Shown here: positions 29,124 to 39,485 of the stretch, in pieces
Layout of the letters: every line of letters begins with the position of its first letter
How positions within the stretch are numbered: position 1 is the stretch's first letter
Source: an uncultured Muribaculaceae bacterium
GTDB lineage: Bacteria > Bacillota_I > Bacilli_A > RF39 > UBA660
Assembly: GCA_964486215.1 (NCBI GenBank)
Contig: CAZALI010000001.1
Coordinates: 12,837-76,836 of the forward strand
DNA: 64,000 nucleotides
Direction of reading: 5' to 3'
The notes under the pieces: generated by a model
Told to the model about the DNA's origin: nothing
Database searches by the model: none
The model's input: only the letters and a program-made list of their open reading frames with translations
Made by a program: the position numbers and the translations under genes

Positions 29124-30143
29124 TTGAATATATATGGATATACTTTAGAAGATATTGAAAATTATTTAGAAAAAATAGGTGAAAAGAAATTTCATGCTAA
29201 ACAGATTTATAGATGGTTATATGATAAAAGAGTTAATTCTTTTGATTTAATGACTGATTTAAGAAAAGAAGTTATTGATAAATTAAAAGAAGATTTTAGT
29301 ATGGATTTCATCAAAATAGTAAGAGTAGAAAAATCAGAAAAAGTTAGAAAATATCTATTTGAGCTTGAAGATCATGAACATGTAGAAGCAGTGCTTATGT
29401 TACATGACTATGGAAGAAGTGTATGTATATCTAGTCAAGTTGGCTGTAATATGGGCTGTAAGTTCTGTGAAAGTGGTAGAAGACGTAAAGTAAGAAACTT
29501 AGAAGCTTATGAGATGGTAGAACAAATACTTTTAATTGAAGAAGAATTTGGTCAATCTATTAGTCATGTTGTAGTTATGGGTATTGGGGAACCTTTCGAT
29601 AACTTTGATAATCTTATTCGCTTCTTGAAGATAATTAATTCTAACTTTGGTTTATCCATTGGTGCTAGACATATTACTGTTAGTACTTGTGGTATTATTC
29701 CTAAGATAGAAGAATTTAGTAATTTAGAAATACAGATAAATTTAGCTATTAGTTTGCATGCTCCTAATGATGAGATTAGAAATAAGATTATGCCTATTAA
29801 TAAAGTATATCGGGTTAAAGATTTAATGAAAGCTATAAAGAATTATTATGACAAGACTAATAGAAGAGTTACTATTGAGTATATTATGTTAGATGGAATT
29901 AATGATAGTAATGAATGTGCTTTAGAGTTAGCTAAATTACTTAGTAATTTAAATTGTTATGTTAATCTTATCCCATATAATGAAACAGAAAATATTGGAT
30001 TTAAAAGAAGTAAAATGATACAAATTAATAGATTTTATGATATACTTAAAAAGAATAATATTAATGTTACAATAAGAAGAGAATTTGGTGGTAGTATATC
30101 TGCTGCTTGTGGACAACTTAGAAGTAAGGAGGAAGATATATGA
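29124..30143 (+). CDS. rlmN: 23S rRNA and tRNA adenine-C2 methyltransferase RlmN. Candidate starts are TTG 29124 and GTG 29115.
   Basis: GEKKFHAKQIYRWLY, and CNMGCKFCESG radical SAM motif. Confidence 0.8.
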   Translation: MNIYGYTLEDIENYLEKIGEKKFHAKQIYRWLYDKRVNSFDLMTDLRKEVIDKLKEDFSMDFIKIVRVEKSEKVRKYLFELEDHEHVEAVLMLHDYGRSVCISSQVGCNMGCKFCESGRRRKVRNLEAYEMVEQILLIEEEFGQSISHVVVMGIGEPFDNFDNLIRFLKIINSNFGLSIGARHITVSTCGIIPKIEEFSNLEIQINLAISLHAPNDEIRNKIMPINKVYRVKDLMKAIKNYYDKTNRRVTIEYIMLDGINDSNECALELAKLLSNLNCYVNLIPYNETENIGFKRSKMIQINRFYDILKKNNINVTIRREFGGSISAACGQLRSKEEDI

Positions 30144-30880
30144 AATCCTTTTATTTAACTGATCCGGGTATAGTTAGAGATCATAATGAAGATAGTGTTG
30201 TTATTGTCAGTAATAAAGATGCTTGTTTAATGGCTATTGCTGATGGTATGGGAGGACACAGGGCAGGTGAGGTTGCTTCATCTATAGCAATTAAGTATTT
30301 AGGAGAACATTTTAAAGAAACATATATAAATGTAAGTAAAGTAGATGGAGTAAAATGGATAAGAAATGCTTATGAAGAGATAAATAGTTTAATATTTCAA
30401 CATGAGATGAATCATCCTGAAAGTAAGGGTATGGGTACTACACTTGTGTTAGCTATTCTTACTAAAGATTATCTATTATTTGGTAATGTTGGTGATTCAT
30501 CTGGCTTTGTTATGAAAGATGATGTTCTACATAAAGTAACTTATGATCATACTTTGGTTAATTTACTTGTTAGTGCTGGAGAATTAACTAAAGAGGAAGC
30601 TAGTAATCATCCTAAGAAGAATGTTTTGATGAAAGCTCTTGGTGCTAGTAGTAAAGTAGATGTTGATGTTTTTGATTGTAATATGGATATTAATGAGATA
30701 TTACTATCTAGTGATGGACTTACTAATATGCTTAGTAAAGAACAAATACAAAATGTTTTGCTGGAAAAAGAAGATGCAGAATATAAAGTTAATAAATTAA
30801 TTGCGAAAGCAAATAATCGTGGGGGTACAGATAATATTTCGGTTGCTTATTTAGTTCGTGAGGTAGGTGACTTTGAGTGA
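30140..30880 (+). CDS. stp: PP2C Ser/Thr phosphatase.
   Basis: IADGMGGH and LSSDGLTN motifs. Confidence 0.85.
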   Translation: MKSFYLTDPGIVRDHNEDSVVIVSNKDACLMAIADGMGGHRAGEVASSIAIKYLGEHFKETYINVSKVDGVKWIRNAYEEINSLIFQHEMNHPESKGMGTTLVLAILTKDYLLFGNVGDSSGFVMKDDVLHKVTYDHTLVNLLVSAGELTKEEASNHPKKNVLMKALGASSKVDVDVFDCNMDINEILLSSDGLTNMLSKEQIQNVLLEKEDAEYKVNKLIAKANNRGGTDNISVAYLVREVGDFE

Positions 30881-32640
30881 TAGCAAAAGGTCAAAAGATT
30901 AATGATCGTTATGAAGTAATTCGCTCTATTGGTGAAGGTGGTATGGCAAATGTCTATTTAGGTTATGATACTATACTAGATAGAAATGTTGCGATAAAAG
31001 TTTTAAGAGGAGATTTATCTAATGATGAAAAATTTGTTAGAAGATTTCAAAGAGAAGCTTTATCAGCATCAAGTCTTGCTCATCCTAATATTGTTGAAAT
31101 GTACGATGTGGGAGAAGACGATGGTTTATACTACATAGTTATGGAGTACATTGATGGTATTACTTTAAAACAACTATTAAAAAAACGTGGTAGTCTTACA
31201 TTGAGCGAGGCAATTGACATTATGTTACAACTTACTGATGGTATGGCTCATGCCCATGATTCATATATTATTCATAGAGATTTAAAACCTCAAAATATTA
31301 TGATTAAAGATGATGGACAAATTAAGATTACTGATTTTGGTATAGCTATGGCTCTTAATTCTACACAACTTACACAAACTAATAGCGTAATGGGTAGTGT
31401 ACATTACTTACCACCGGAACAAGCTAGTGGTAAAGGAGCTACTATTAAGAGTGATATTTATTCTATGGGAATTATCTTTTATGAATTACTTACTGGTAAA
31501 CTACCATTTAAAGGAGATAATGCTGTAGAAATAGCTTTAAAACAAATGAGAAATCCTTTACCTAGTGTTAAAGATGATAATCCAGAAATACCTCAAAGTA
31601 TTGAAAATATTATTATGAGAGCTACGGCTAAGAATCCTAAAAATAGATATGAAGATGCTAGAAGTATGCATGAAGATTTATTAACGGCACTAGATGATGA
31701 TAGAATAGATGAAGATCCAATTGAGTTTAAGTATTCTGAACATGATAATGATGATACTAAGAAAATAAAGAAGATAACAGATGCTGAAAAAGACGACGAT
31801 GAAGATACTGATGATCTTGCTACTAAAGTAGAAGATGATGACGATAAAAAGACTAGAAGAATAATAATTATTCTATCTATGATTTTAGCTAGTATCTTAT
31901 TAATACTATTCTTTATGTTCTTTATAATTCCAATGCTTACAGCTAAAAAGACTGTTGAAGTACCTAGTTGTAAGAATTTAACTGTTAGTAAATGTGAAAA
32001 GAAATTGCAGAAATTAGGATTTGATGTTAATCCTAAGATTAAATCTGTTTATAATTCTAAGATAAAGAAAGGTAAAGTTATTAGAACTAATCCTGGAGTA
32101 GGTAGAAGTGTTAAGCATGGAACTACTATTACTATTTATAAATCTAAAGGAGAAGAAACATTTAAGTTAGGTAATTATGTTGGTAAAAACTATAATGACG
32201 TAAAGAGTGAACTACAATTAAAGTATGGACTTGTTGTCAATATAGAGAAGAAAGAAGTAGAAGAGGCAGCTGAAGATACTAATTTAATTATTGAACAGAG
32301 TTTACCTGCAGGAACTAAAGTTAAAAAAGGAGATACTATTACATTATTTATTCCTAATTTAATAGAACAGTTCCCAGATATGGTAGCTTCTGGTTGGACT
32401 AAAGATGATGCTGAAGCGTTTGCTAAGAAATATGGTTTGAATCTTAAAGTTCAAACACAAGCTACAACTTTGTATAATGAAGGTAAGATAATAGATCAGT
32501 CACGTGCTCCAGGTACTAGTATAGTTAAAGGTTCTAATTTAACTATTACAGTCGCAACTAAACCTAAAGAGACACCTAAACCTAGTCCTAAACCAACACC
32601 ATCTAGTGATGAGCAGACTGAAGAAGATGACAATAGTTAA
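30877..32640 (+). CDS. pknB: Ser/Thr kinase with a TM segment and three PASTA domains. GTG start overlapping the stp stop (GTGA).
   Basis: Kinase motifs HRDLKPQN and DFGIA, a TM segment, and repeated PASTA-like units. Confidence 0.9.
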   Translation: MIAKGQKINDRYEVIRSIGEGGMANVYLGYDTILDRNVAIKVLRGDLSNDEKFVRRFQREALSASSLAHPNIVEMYDVGEDDGLYYIVMEYIDGITLKQLLKKRGSLTLSEAIDIMLQLTDGMAHAHDSYIIHRDLKPQNIMIKDDGQIKITDFGIAMALNSTQLTQTNSVMGSVHYLPPEQASGKGATIKSDIYSMGIIFYELLTGKLPFKGDNAVEIALKQMRNPLPSVKDDNPEIPQSIENIIMRATAKNPKNRYEDARSMHEDLLTALDDDRIDEDPIEFKYSEHDNDDTKKIKKITDAEKDDDEDTDDLATKVEDDDDKKTRRIIIILSMILASILLILFFMFFIIPMLTAKKTVEVPSCKNLTVSKCEKKLQKLGFDVNPKIKSVYNSKIKKGKVIRTNPGVGRSVKHGTTITIYKSKGEETFKLGNYVGKNYNDVKSELQLKYGLVVNIEKKEVEEAAEDTNLIIEQSLPAGTKVKKGDTITLFIPNLIEQFPDMVASGWTKDDAEAFAKKYGLNLKVQTQATTLYNEGKIIDQSRAPGTSIVKGSNLTITVATKPKETPKPSPKPTPSSDEQTEEDDNS

Positions 32641-32654
32641 TCAGGAGGTTTTAA

Positions 32655-33488
32655 ATGAGGGGACAAATTGTTAGAATAATTAGTGATTTACACTATGTAA
32701 AATATAATGAAGAAGTGTTTCCTTGTAAATGTAGAGGTTTGATTAAACATGAACATATTACTCCAGTAGTGGGGGATTATGTTCTTTTTGATAGTGAAAA
32801 ATTGTTAATAGAAAAAATTTTAGATAGAAAGAATATCTTTTCTAGACCAAAAGTTAGTAATATAGATCAAGCTTTTATTATTACTAGTATGGTAGTACCA
32901 GACTTTTCACTTAATTTACTTGATAAGTTAATAATATTAATGGAACTTCACAAAGTAAAACCAATTATTGTGATTAGTAAAAGCGATTTAGTTTCTGATA
33001 TGAGTGAATATGAAAAGATATTTGATTATTATAGATCTATTGGTTATACAGTAATTTATAATTATGAAGAAGATAAAATGAAAGAATTATTAAAAGATAA
33101 GACGTCTGTTATTACTGGACAAACTGGTGCTGGTAAATCAACTCTTTTAAATAGACTTGATTCTACATTTAATATTATGACTGGTGAAGTATCAGAAGCT
33201 CTTGGTAGAGGAAAACATACTACTAGGGAAGTTTCTATGTATGAATTATATGGTGGAGAAGTTATTGATACTCCAGGTTTTTCAGCATTAGATTTTAGTG
33301 ATTATTCTAAAGAAGAAATTAGAGATGCTTTTGTTGAATTTAAGAAATATAAATGTGAATATAATGATTGTATGCATATTAATACAGATAATTGTGGTGT
33401 ATATCAAGCTCTTATAGATAATAATATATTGAAGAGTAGATATGATAATTATCTAAAATTTATAGGAGATGATAATAATGAAAGTTAG
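32655..33488 (+). CDS. rsgA: Ribosome small-subunit biogenesis GTPase RsgA.
   Basis: VISKSDL, GQTGAGKSTLLN, and the C-terminal Cys cluster CxxxxC..C. Confidence 0.85.
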   Translation: MRGQIVRIISDLHYVKYNEEVFPCKCRGLIKHEHITPVVGDYVLFDSEKLLIEKILDRKNIFSRPKVSNIDQAFIITSMVVPDFSLNLLDKLIILMELHKVKPIIVISKSDLVSDMSEYEKIFDYYRSIGYTVIYNYEEDKMKELLKDKTSVITGQTGAGKSTLLNRLDSTFNIMTGEVSEALGRGKHTTREVSMYELYGGEVIDTPGFSALDFSDYSKEEIRDAFVEFKKYKCEYNDCMHINTDNCGVYQALIDNNILKSRYDNYLKFIGDDNNES

Positions 33489-34107
33489 TGCTTCTTTTTT
33501 AAGTAGTAATAATCCACCTAAAGATATTAGTTTATTAAATAACACTGATGTAGATTATATACATGTAGATATTATGGATGGGAAATTTGTTAAACAAAAG
33601 ACTATGCCATTTAGAGAGATGAAAAACATTTACAAGTATACTGATAAGCGATTAGATGTTCATTTAATGGTTAGTGATCCAGAGAAGTATATAGAAAATT
33701 ATGCTAGTCTAAATACTGAGTATATTACTATTCATGTAGAAATACTTGGTGATATTAGTAAATATATTAAGATGATAAAATCTTATGGTATAAAAGCAGG
33801 TCTTGCGATAAAACCTAATACTAATGTCAGAGATATTATTCCATATTTACCATATATTGATTTAATACTTGTCATGAGTGTTGAACCTGGTGAGGGTGGA
33901 CAAGAGTTTATTCCTGATAGTGAAGATAAAATAAAGGAAATAAGAAAATTATTTGATGAATATAATATACATGATGTAGTTTTAAATGTAGATGGTGGAG
34001 TTAATGATACTACTATTGATAAGTGTCATTTATGTGATATAGTTACTGCTGGTAGTTATATTCTAAGTAGTGATAATTTTCAAGAAAAGATAGATAGTTT
34101 AAGATAA
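33478..34107 (+). CDS. rpe: Ribulose-phosphate 3-epimerase.
   Basis: HVDIMDGKFV, HLMV and VEPGEGGQ motifs. Confidence 0.85.
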   Translation: MKVSASFLSSNNPPKDISLLNNTDVDYIHVDIMDGKFVKQKTMPFREMKNIYKYTDKRLDVHLMVSDPEKYIENYASLNTEYITIHVEILGDISKYIKMIKSYGIKAGLAIKPNTNVRDIIPYLPYIDLILVMSVEPGEGGQEFIPDSEDKIKEIRKLFDEYNIHDVVLNVDGGVNDTTIDKCHLCDIVTAGSYILSSDNFQEKIDSLR

Positions 34108-34142
34108 TTTTGTTATAATAAGAATAATAGAGGGGTGATTTT

Positions 34143-35000
34143 ATGAATAATGAACCTAATAATACAAATAATGTTAATAATACTAATAGTTCTACTACTA
34201 GTAATATTAATAATACTGATAATGTGAATACTAATACTAGTACTGTTAATACAACAACTACTAATCATGTAGCAACTACTAGTGCTCCTAATATTAATCC
34301 AGCTATTAGTAATATAAAAGATTCTCAAAGTATTAATACTAGTGCTTTTGCTAAAAGTGATGGACCAAGAATAGAGACTGAGAGTTCTCCTGCAACAACA
34401 ATTAATGCTTCTGCATATACTGCTACTAATAAGAAAGAAAAGAAAACTGCTAATGTAGAGGAGAAGCCTGCTAAGAGTAAAGCCGGAGTAATAATCTTTT
34501 TAATATTATTAATGGGTTTTGTTATATTCTTACCTAATATTACTAAACTAGTTGGTAGCTTAAATAATGGCGTTAATAATGAAAATGTTACTACTGGTGA
34601 ACTTAGATGTAGTCTTAAGAAAACTACTGATAATTTTGATATTACTTATGAACAGAATATTCCATTTAAGGATAATGAGTTAGAGTCATTAAAATTTATT
34701 ACTACTACTAAAGGTGATGTAACTAAAGATAAAAATGAATTAGAAGACTTAGATGCTACTTGTAATAAATTAAGTGAATTGGCTTCTGAGATTAAAGGAA
34801 TGGAAGTTAATTGTGAATTTGCTGGAGATAAGATGATAGAGACACATAATATTGAGTATAATGATCTTGACTTAAGTGCTATGAAATCAGCTTATACTGA
34901 AACTGGTGGTACTGCTCCTGAATTTACTTATAGAGATAATATTGACGATGTACAGAAACAACTTCAAGCTGTTGGTTATAAATGTAAAAAGATAAAATAG
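34143..35000 (+). CDS. Membrane protein with a ~120-aa N/T-rich low-complexity N-terminus, a TM segment and a Cys-containing ectodomain.
   Basis: Translation MNNEPNNTNNVNNTNSSTTSNINNTDNVNTNTST..., then IIFLILLMGFVIFL. Confidence 0.45.
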   Translation: MNNEPNNTNNVNNTNSSTTSNINNTDNVNTNTSTVNTTTTNHVATTSAPNINPAISNIKDSQSINTSAFAKSDGPRIETESSPATTINASAYTATNKKEKKTANVEEKPAKSKAGVIIFLILLMGFVIFLPNITKLVGSLNNGVNNENVTTGELRCSLKKTTDNFDITYEQNIPFKDNELESLKFITTTKGDVTKDKNELEDLDATCNKLSELASEIKGMEVNCEFAGDKMIETHNIEYNDLDLSAMKSAYTETGGTAPEFTYRDNIDDVQKQLQAVGYKCKKIK

Positions 35001-35058
35001 GAGTCTAATTTGGCTCTTTTTTTATTTTGTGATATAATACTTCTTATAGGAGAGATTT

Positions 35059-35697
35059 ATGGAGTCGATAAATAAATTTGTAGTTAAAAATATTTTTAAT
35101 ATAATTTGTATTTCTCTAATTATGATTTTTATCGGTATATATATGTTAAAACCTATAATTAATGAGAGTACTACTATTAAGATTGATGATAAAGATAAAG
35201 CTGTTAAGAGCTCTATTATATTAGATGTACAGACTAAACGTGTTACAGCAGTTAAGAAAGCTGCTATAGCTAAACAGAAAGCTGCGGAAGAAAAGAAACA
35301 GCAAGAAGCTAAAGTTGAAGAAGAGGCACCTAAGTTAGAGCCTACAGTTCAAGCTCGTGAAGAAAATGTTTTATCTGCTGGTAGTGGAAGAGTTACATAT
35401 TATTCATTAAATGGTGGAAATGTAGCTTGTGGAATACCTACTACTAATAGTTTGTATCATGATGCTAAGTATGGTAATGTTAGAGGATTAGCTGCTGGAA
35501 GTGAATTTCCTTGTGGTACTATTATCAACATAGATGGTGCTGGTATGGGTAGCTTTACTGGAATAGTAATTGATAGAGGTGGAGCTATTGGTATGGGTAG
35601 ACGTAATATGTTTGATATATTAGTAAACAATGATTCTATTGCTTATCAGTATGGAGTTAGTCAAGTAACATATAAAGTTTTAAGAATGGGATTTTAA
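35059..35697 (+). CDS. Membrane-anchored 3D/DPBB (RlpA/MltA-like) domain protein.
   Basis: C-terminal segment GRVTYYSLNGGNVACG...GTIINIDGAGMGSFTGIVIDRGGAIG. Confidence 0.5.
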   Translation: MESINKFVVKNIFNIICISLIMIFIGIYMLKPIINESTTIKIDDKDKAVKSSIILDVQTKRVTAVKKAAIAKQKAAEEKKQQEAKVEEEAPKLEPTVQAREENVLSAGSGRVTYYSLNGGNVACGIPTTNSLYHDAKYGNVRGLAAGSEFPCGTIINIDGAGMGSFTGIVIDRGGAIGMGRRNMFDILVNNDSIAYQYGVSQVTYKVLRMGF

Positions 35698-35713
35698 TTA
35701 CCATTCTTTTTTG
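35682..35713 (+). terminator. Intrinsic terminator. Its 3' half is tandemly duplicated at 35718-35747.
   Basis: AAGAATGG / CCATTCTT hairpin followed by T6. The second copy reads GGGATTTTAATTACCATTCTTTTTTT. Confidence 0.5.
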
Positions 35714-35767
35714 TATTGGGGATTTTAATTACCATTCTTTTTTTGTATAATAAATATTGGTGATAAA

Positions 35768-37921
35768 ATGCGTGAAGATATAATTGAACAAATTAGTAAA
35801 GATTTAAATATTAGTAATAAACAAGTTAGTACAGTACTTGAATTATTTAGTGAGGGAAATACTATTCCTTTTATTGCTAGATACAGAAAAGAGGCTACTG
35901 GTGGACTTGATGAAGAAGCAATTAAAAGTATAGGAGATGTCTATACTTATCAAGAAAATTTATTAAAAAGAAAAGAAGATGTTATTAGACTTATAGATGA
36001 AAAAGGTCTACTTACTGATGAATTGAAAGATAATATACTTAAATGTACTAAATTAGTAGAAGTGGAAGATTTATATAGACCATATAAAGAGAAAAAGAAG
36101 ACTAAGGCAACTGAAGCTATTAAGATGGGATTAGAGCCTATGGCTAAGATAATGATGTCTTTTCCTACTACTGGTAATATTCATGATTTAACTAAGAAAT
36201 ATGTTAAAGATAATTTAGATGAAGATAAATGTATTGAAGGATCTAAATATATAATAGCTGAATGGATTAGTGATAATGCAGTATATAGAAAGTGGATTAG
36301 AAGTTATTTTTATAAGAATGGTGTAATTGTATCTAAAAAGACAAAAGATGCGAAAGATGAAGCTAAAACATATGAAATGTACTATGAATATAGTGAAGCT
36401 GTTAAGTATATAAAGCCTCATAGAATATTAGCTATTAATAGAGGAGAAGCAGAAAAAGTACTAAATATTAGTATTGATGTAGAAAAAGAAGATATTATTG
36501 ATTATTTAAATAAAAAGATAATTAAAAATGAAAATAGTTTTGTAGTTAGTTATGTAAAAGAAGCTATAGAAGATGCTTATAAGAGATTAATTGGTCCTTC
36601 TGTTGAGAGAGAAGTTAGAAGTGATTTAACTGAGAAAGGTGAAGAAGCTGCGATTGACAACTTTGGTAAAAACTTGGAAGCTCTTTTACTTACTCCTCCT
36701 ATGAAGGAGAAGGTAATACTTGCTTTTGATCCAGGATTTGTAAATGGATGTAAACTGGCTGTTATTGACAAAACTGGTAAATATTTAGATTCTACGGTTA
36801 TTAAACCTTTCTTAAAAGGAAAGGAAGATGCTTTACGTGAAGTATCTCAGAAGACAGTAGTTGATTTAGTTAAAAAATACAATGTAGATATTATTGCGAT
36901 AGGTAATGGAACTGCATCTCGTGAGAGTGAAAAATTCTGTGCAGATATGATAAGAGAATATAAACTAACCTGCAAATACATTATTGTTAGTGAAGCAGGA
37001 GCATCTATTTACTCAGCTAGTGATGTAGCAATTGAAGAATTTCCGGATTTAGCTGTTGAAAAGAGAAGTGCTGTTAGTATTGGCAGACGTTGTCAAGATC
37101 CACTTGCGGAACTTGTAAAGATACCACCTGATGGTATTGGAGTAGGCTTATATCAGCATGATGTACAAAAATCAAAATTATCTACTTCGCTTGACTTTGT
37201 AGTAGAAAAGTGTGTTAACAGTGTAGGTGTAAATATAAATACAGCCTCTCGTTCACTTTTAAAATATGTTTCTGGTATTACTAAAAAGGCAATTGATAAG
37301 ATAATTGAGTATAGAGAATCTACTGGTAAGATTAAATCTAGAGAAGAAATAAAAAAGAAAAAGATATTAACAGATAAAGCTTATGAACAAGCAATTGGTT
37401 TTTTAAGAATAGCTGATGGTGATAATATACTTGATTCTACAGCTATACATCCAGAGAGTTATGATGTGGCTTTAAAATTACTTGATAAGATTAATTGTAG
37501 TTTAAATGATATTGGTGGCGATACTATTAAAGAGAAACTAGGTAAAATAGATGTTACTAGTATGTCTAAAGAATTAGGTACCGATACTTATACTTTGGAA
37601 GATGTTATGACTAGTTTAAAGAAACCTAATTTAGATCCTAGAGACGAGATGCCTCAACCAATATTAAAAAGTGATGTACTTGACATTAAAGATTTAAAAA
37701 TAGGAGATAAACTTCAAGGTACTGTTAGAAATGTAGTAGACTTTGGTTTATTTATAGATATTGGACTACATAATGATGGACTAGCTCATATTAGTAAGTT
37801 ATCAAATCAATATATAAAACATCCAAGTGATTTATTTAGTGTTGGAGATATAGTTGATTGTTATGTAGATGATATATCTATTGAAAAAGAAAAAGTAAGT
37901 TTAAGCTTACTGCCTAGATAA
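35768..37921 (+). CDS. tex: Transcription accessory protein Tex.
   Basis: 717 aa with YqgF/HhH regions and a C-terminal S1 domain. Terminator at 37916-37942. Confidence 0.9.
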   Translation: MREDIIEQISKDLNISNKQVSTVLELFSEGNTIPFIARYRKEATGGLDEEAIKSIGDVYTYQENLLKRKEDVIRLIDEKGLLTDELKDNILKCTKLVEVEDLYRPYKEKKKTKATEAIKMGLEPMAKIMMSFPTTGNIHDLTKKYVKDNLDEDKCIEGSKYIIAEWISDNAVYRKWIRSYFYKNGVIVSKKTKDAKDEAKTYEMYYEYSEAVKYIKPHRILAINRGEAEKVLNISIDVEKEDIIDYLNKKIIKNENSFVVSYVKEAIEDAYKRLIGPSVEREVRSDLTEKGEEAAIDNFGKNLEALLLTPPMKEKVILAFDPGFVNGCKLAVIDKTGKYLDSTVIKPFLKGKEDALREVSQKTVVDLVKKYNVDIIAIGNGTASRESEKFCADMIREYKLTCKYIIVSEAGASIYSASDVAIEEFPDLAVEKRSAVSIGRRCQDPLAELVKIPPDGIGVGLYQHDVQKSKLSTSLDFVVEKCVNSVGVNINTASRSLLKYVSGITKKAIDKIIEYRESTGKIKSREEIKKKKILTDKAYEQAIGFLRIADGDNILDSTAIHPESYDVALKLLDKINCSLNDIGGDTIKEKLGKIDVTSMSKELGTDTYTLEDVMTSLKKPNLDPRDEMPQPILKSDVLDIKDLKIGDKLQGTVRNVVDFGLFIDIGLHNDGLAHISKLSNQYIKHPSDLFSVGDIVDCYVDDISIEKEKVSLSLLPR

Positions 37922-38051
37922 AGATTTTCTTTATCTTTTTTTATTCAGAAAGTATCGAAAAGTAGTTTGCAAAATTGATATTATATGTTACTATATAAAC
38001 TATATACATTTTAGATATTACTAATATTATTACAAGGATGGGAGGTATGGT

Positions 38052-38954
38052 ATGAATAATATTGAAGTAACTAGTGTAAACATTATTGGAAATTTAATTT
38101 ATGAGGTTAGAGGGAAACAGGTAATGTTGGCTTCTGATTTAGCAAAACTTTATGAATGCAAAAATGGAACTAAGTCTATTAATTTAGCTGTTAGTAGAAA
38201 TATTGATAGATTTCCAAGTGATTTTTATTTTCAATTAACATCGGAAGAATATAACAACTTGAAGTTTCAAATTGAAACTTCAAGTTTAAATAATGAGCAT
38301 GGTGGTGTTAGAAAGTTGCCATATGTATTTACAGAACAAGGCGTAGCTATGCTTGCAACTGTTTTAAAAACAGAGGTGGCTTCTCAAATGAGTATATCTA
38401 TAATGAGAGCTTTTGTAGTTATGCGTAAATATGTTTCTCAAACTTTGTTGGAACAGAAATACATAAATAATCAAGTCGTTATAAATACAAAAAATATTAG
38501 ACAATTACAACGGTCATTAAATAAATTGGAAAAAGAGAAAAAAGTAAATGAAATTTATTTTAACGGACAAATATTTGATGCATATTCAAAAATATATGAT
38601 ATATTTAAAAGAGCTAAAAAGAAGCTTATAGTAATTGATGCATATGCAGATGTTTCGTTGTTGAATATTATAAAGAAATTTAATATAGACATTTTGATTA
38701 TTACTAGGAATAATAATCTTTTAACCAAACAAGATATAGATAAATATAATGAACAGTATCATAACTTGAAAATTGTCTTTATTGATACTTTTCATGATAG
38801 ATATTTTATTTTGGATGATAGAGAATGTTATCATTGTGGTACTAGTATTAACAGAATTGGTCATAAAACCTTTTCTATTAATTTAATAGGAGATAAAGAT
38901 GTTTGCGATAATTTGATTAATAAAGTTGGGCAAATTACTAAAACAAATGATTGA
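38052..38954 (+). CDS. ORF6N-domain protein (phage/mobile-element associated).
   Basis: N-terminal segment VTSVNIIGNLIYEVRGKQVMLASDLAKLYE...GGVRKLPYVFTEQGVAMLATVL. Confidence 0.55.
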   Translation: MNNIEVTSVNIIGNLIYEVRGKQVMLASDLAKLYECKNGTKSINLAVSRNIDRFPSDFYFQLTSEEYNNLKFQIETSSLNNEHGGVRKLPYVFTEQGVAMLATVLKTEVASQMSISIMRAFVVMRKYVSQTLLEQKYINNQVVINTKNIRQLQRSLNKLEKEKKVNEIYFNGQIFDAYSKIYDIFKRAKKKLIVIDAYADVSLLNIIKKFNIDILIITRNNNLLTKQDIDKYNEQYHNLKIVFIDTFHDRYFILDDRECYHCGTSINRIGHKTFSINLIGDKDVCDNLINKVGQITKTND

Positions 38955-38965
38955 ATGATTAATAT

Positions 38966-39457
38966 TTGTTTGATAAACTAAATTTTGGAGGATTATGTAT
39001 GAGTAGAGGATTTGAAATATGTAGAGGATTTGAAGATAAGAATATTAATTTGCCAGTTAGAAAGACTGCTAAAAGTGCAGGATATGATATAGAGGCAGCT
39101 GAGGATATAGTTATACCTAAGTTTAGTTTAGGAGTAAAACCAGTACTTATTCCTACAGGATTAAAAGCTTATATGGAAGATGATGAAGTATTATACCTGT
39201 ATAATAGAAGTTCTAATCCTAAGAAGAAAGGTTTAATACTTGCCAATTCTGTTGGAGTAATAGATAGTGACTATTATGGTAATCCTGATAATGATGGTCA
39301 TATTATGTTTGCTTTTTATAATGTAGGAGAAGAAGATATTTTAATTAAAAAAGGTGAAGCTATAGGACAAGGAGTATTTTCTAAATACTTAGTTACAGAT
39401 AATGATAATGCTAGTGGTGAAAGAATGGGTGGATTTGGATCTACTGATAATAAGTAA
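38966..39457 (+). CDS. dut: dUTP diphosphatase.
   Basis: SAGYDIEAAED, DSDYYGNPDNDGHIMF, and the C-terminal GERMGGFGSTD. Confidence 0.8.
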   Translation: MFDKLNFGGLCMSRGFEICRGFEDKNINLPVRKTAKSAGYDIEAAEDIVIPKFSLGVKPVLIPTGLKAYMEDDEVLYLYNRSSNPKKKGLILANSVGVIDSDYYGNPDNDGHIMFAFYNVGEEDILIKKGEAIGQGVFSKYLVTDNDNASGERMGGFGSTDNK

Positions 39458-39485
39458 AAAAGGCTTTTTAAAAGCCTTTTTTTGA
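39456..39485. terminator. Bidirectional terminator between convergent genes.
   Basis: AAAAGGCTTT / AAAGCCTTTT hairpin flanked by an A-run and a T-run. Confidence 0.55.
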
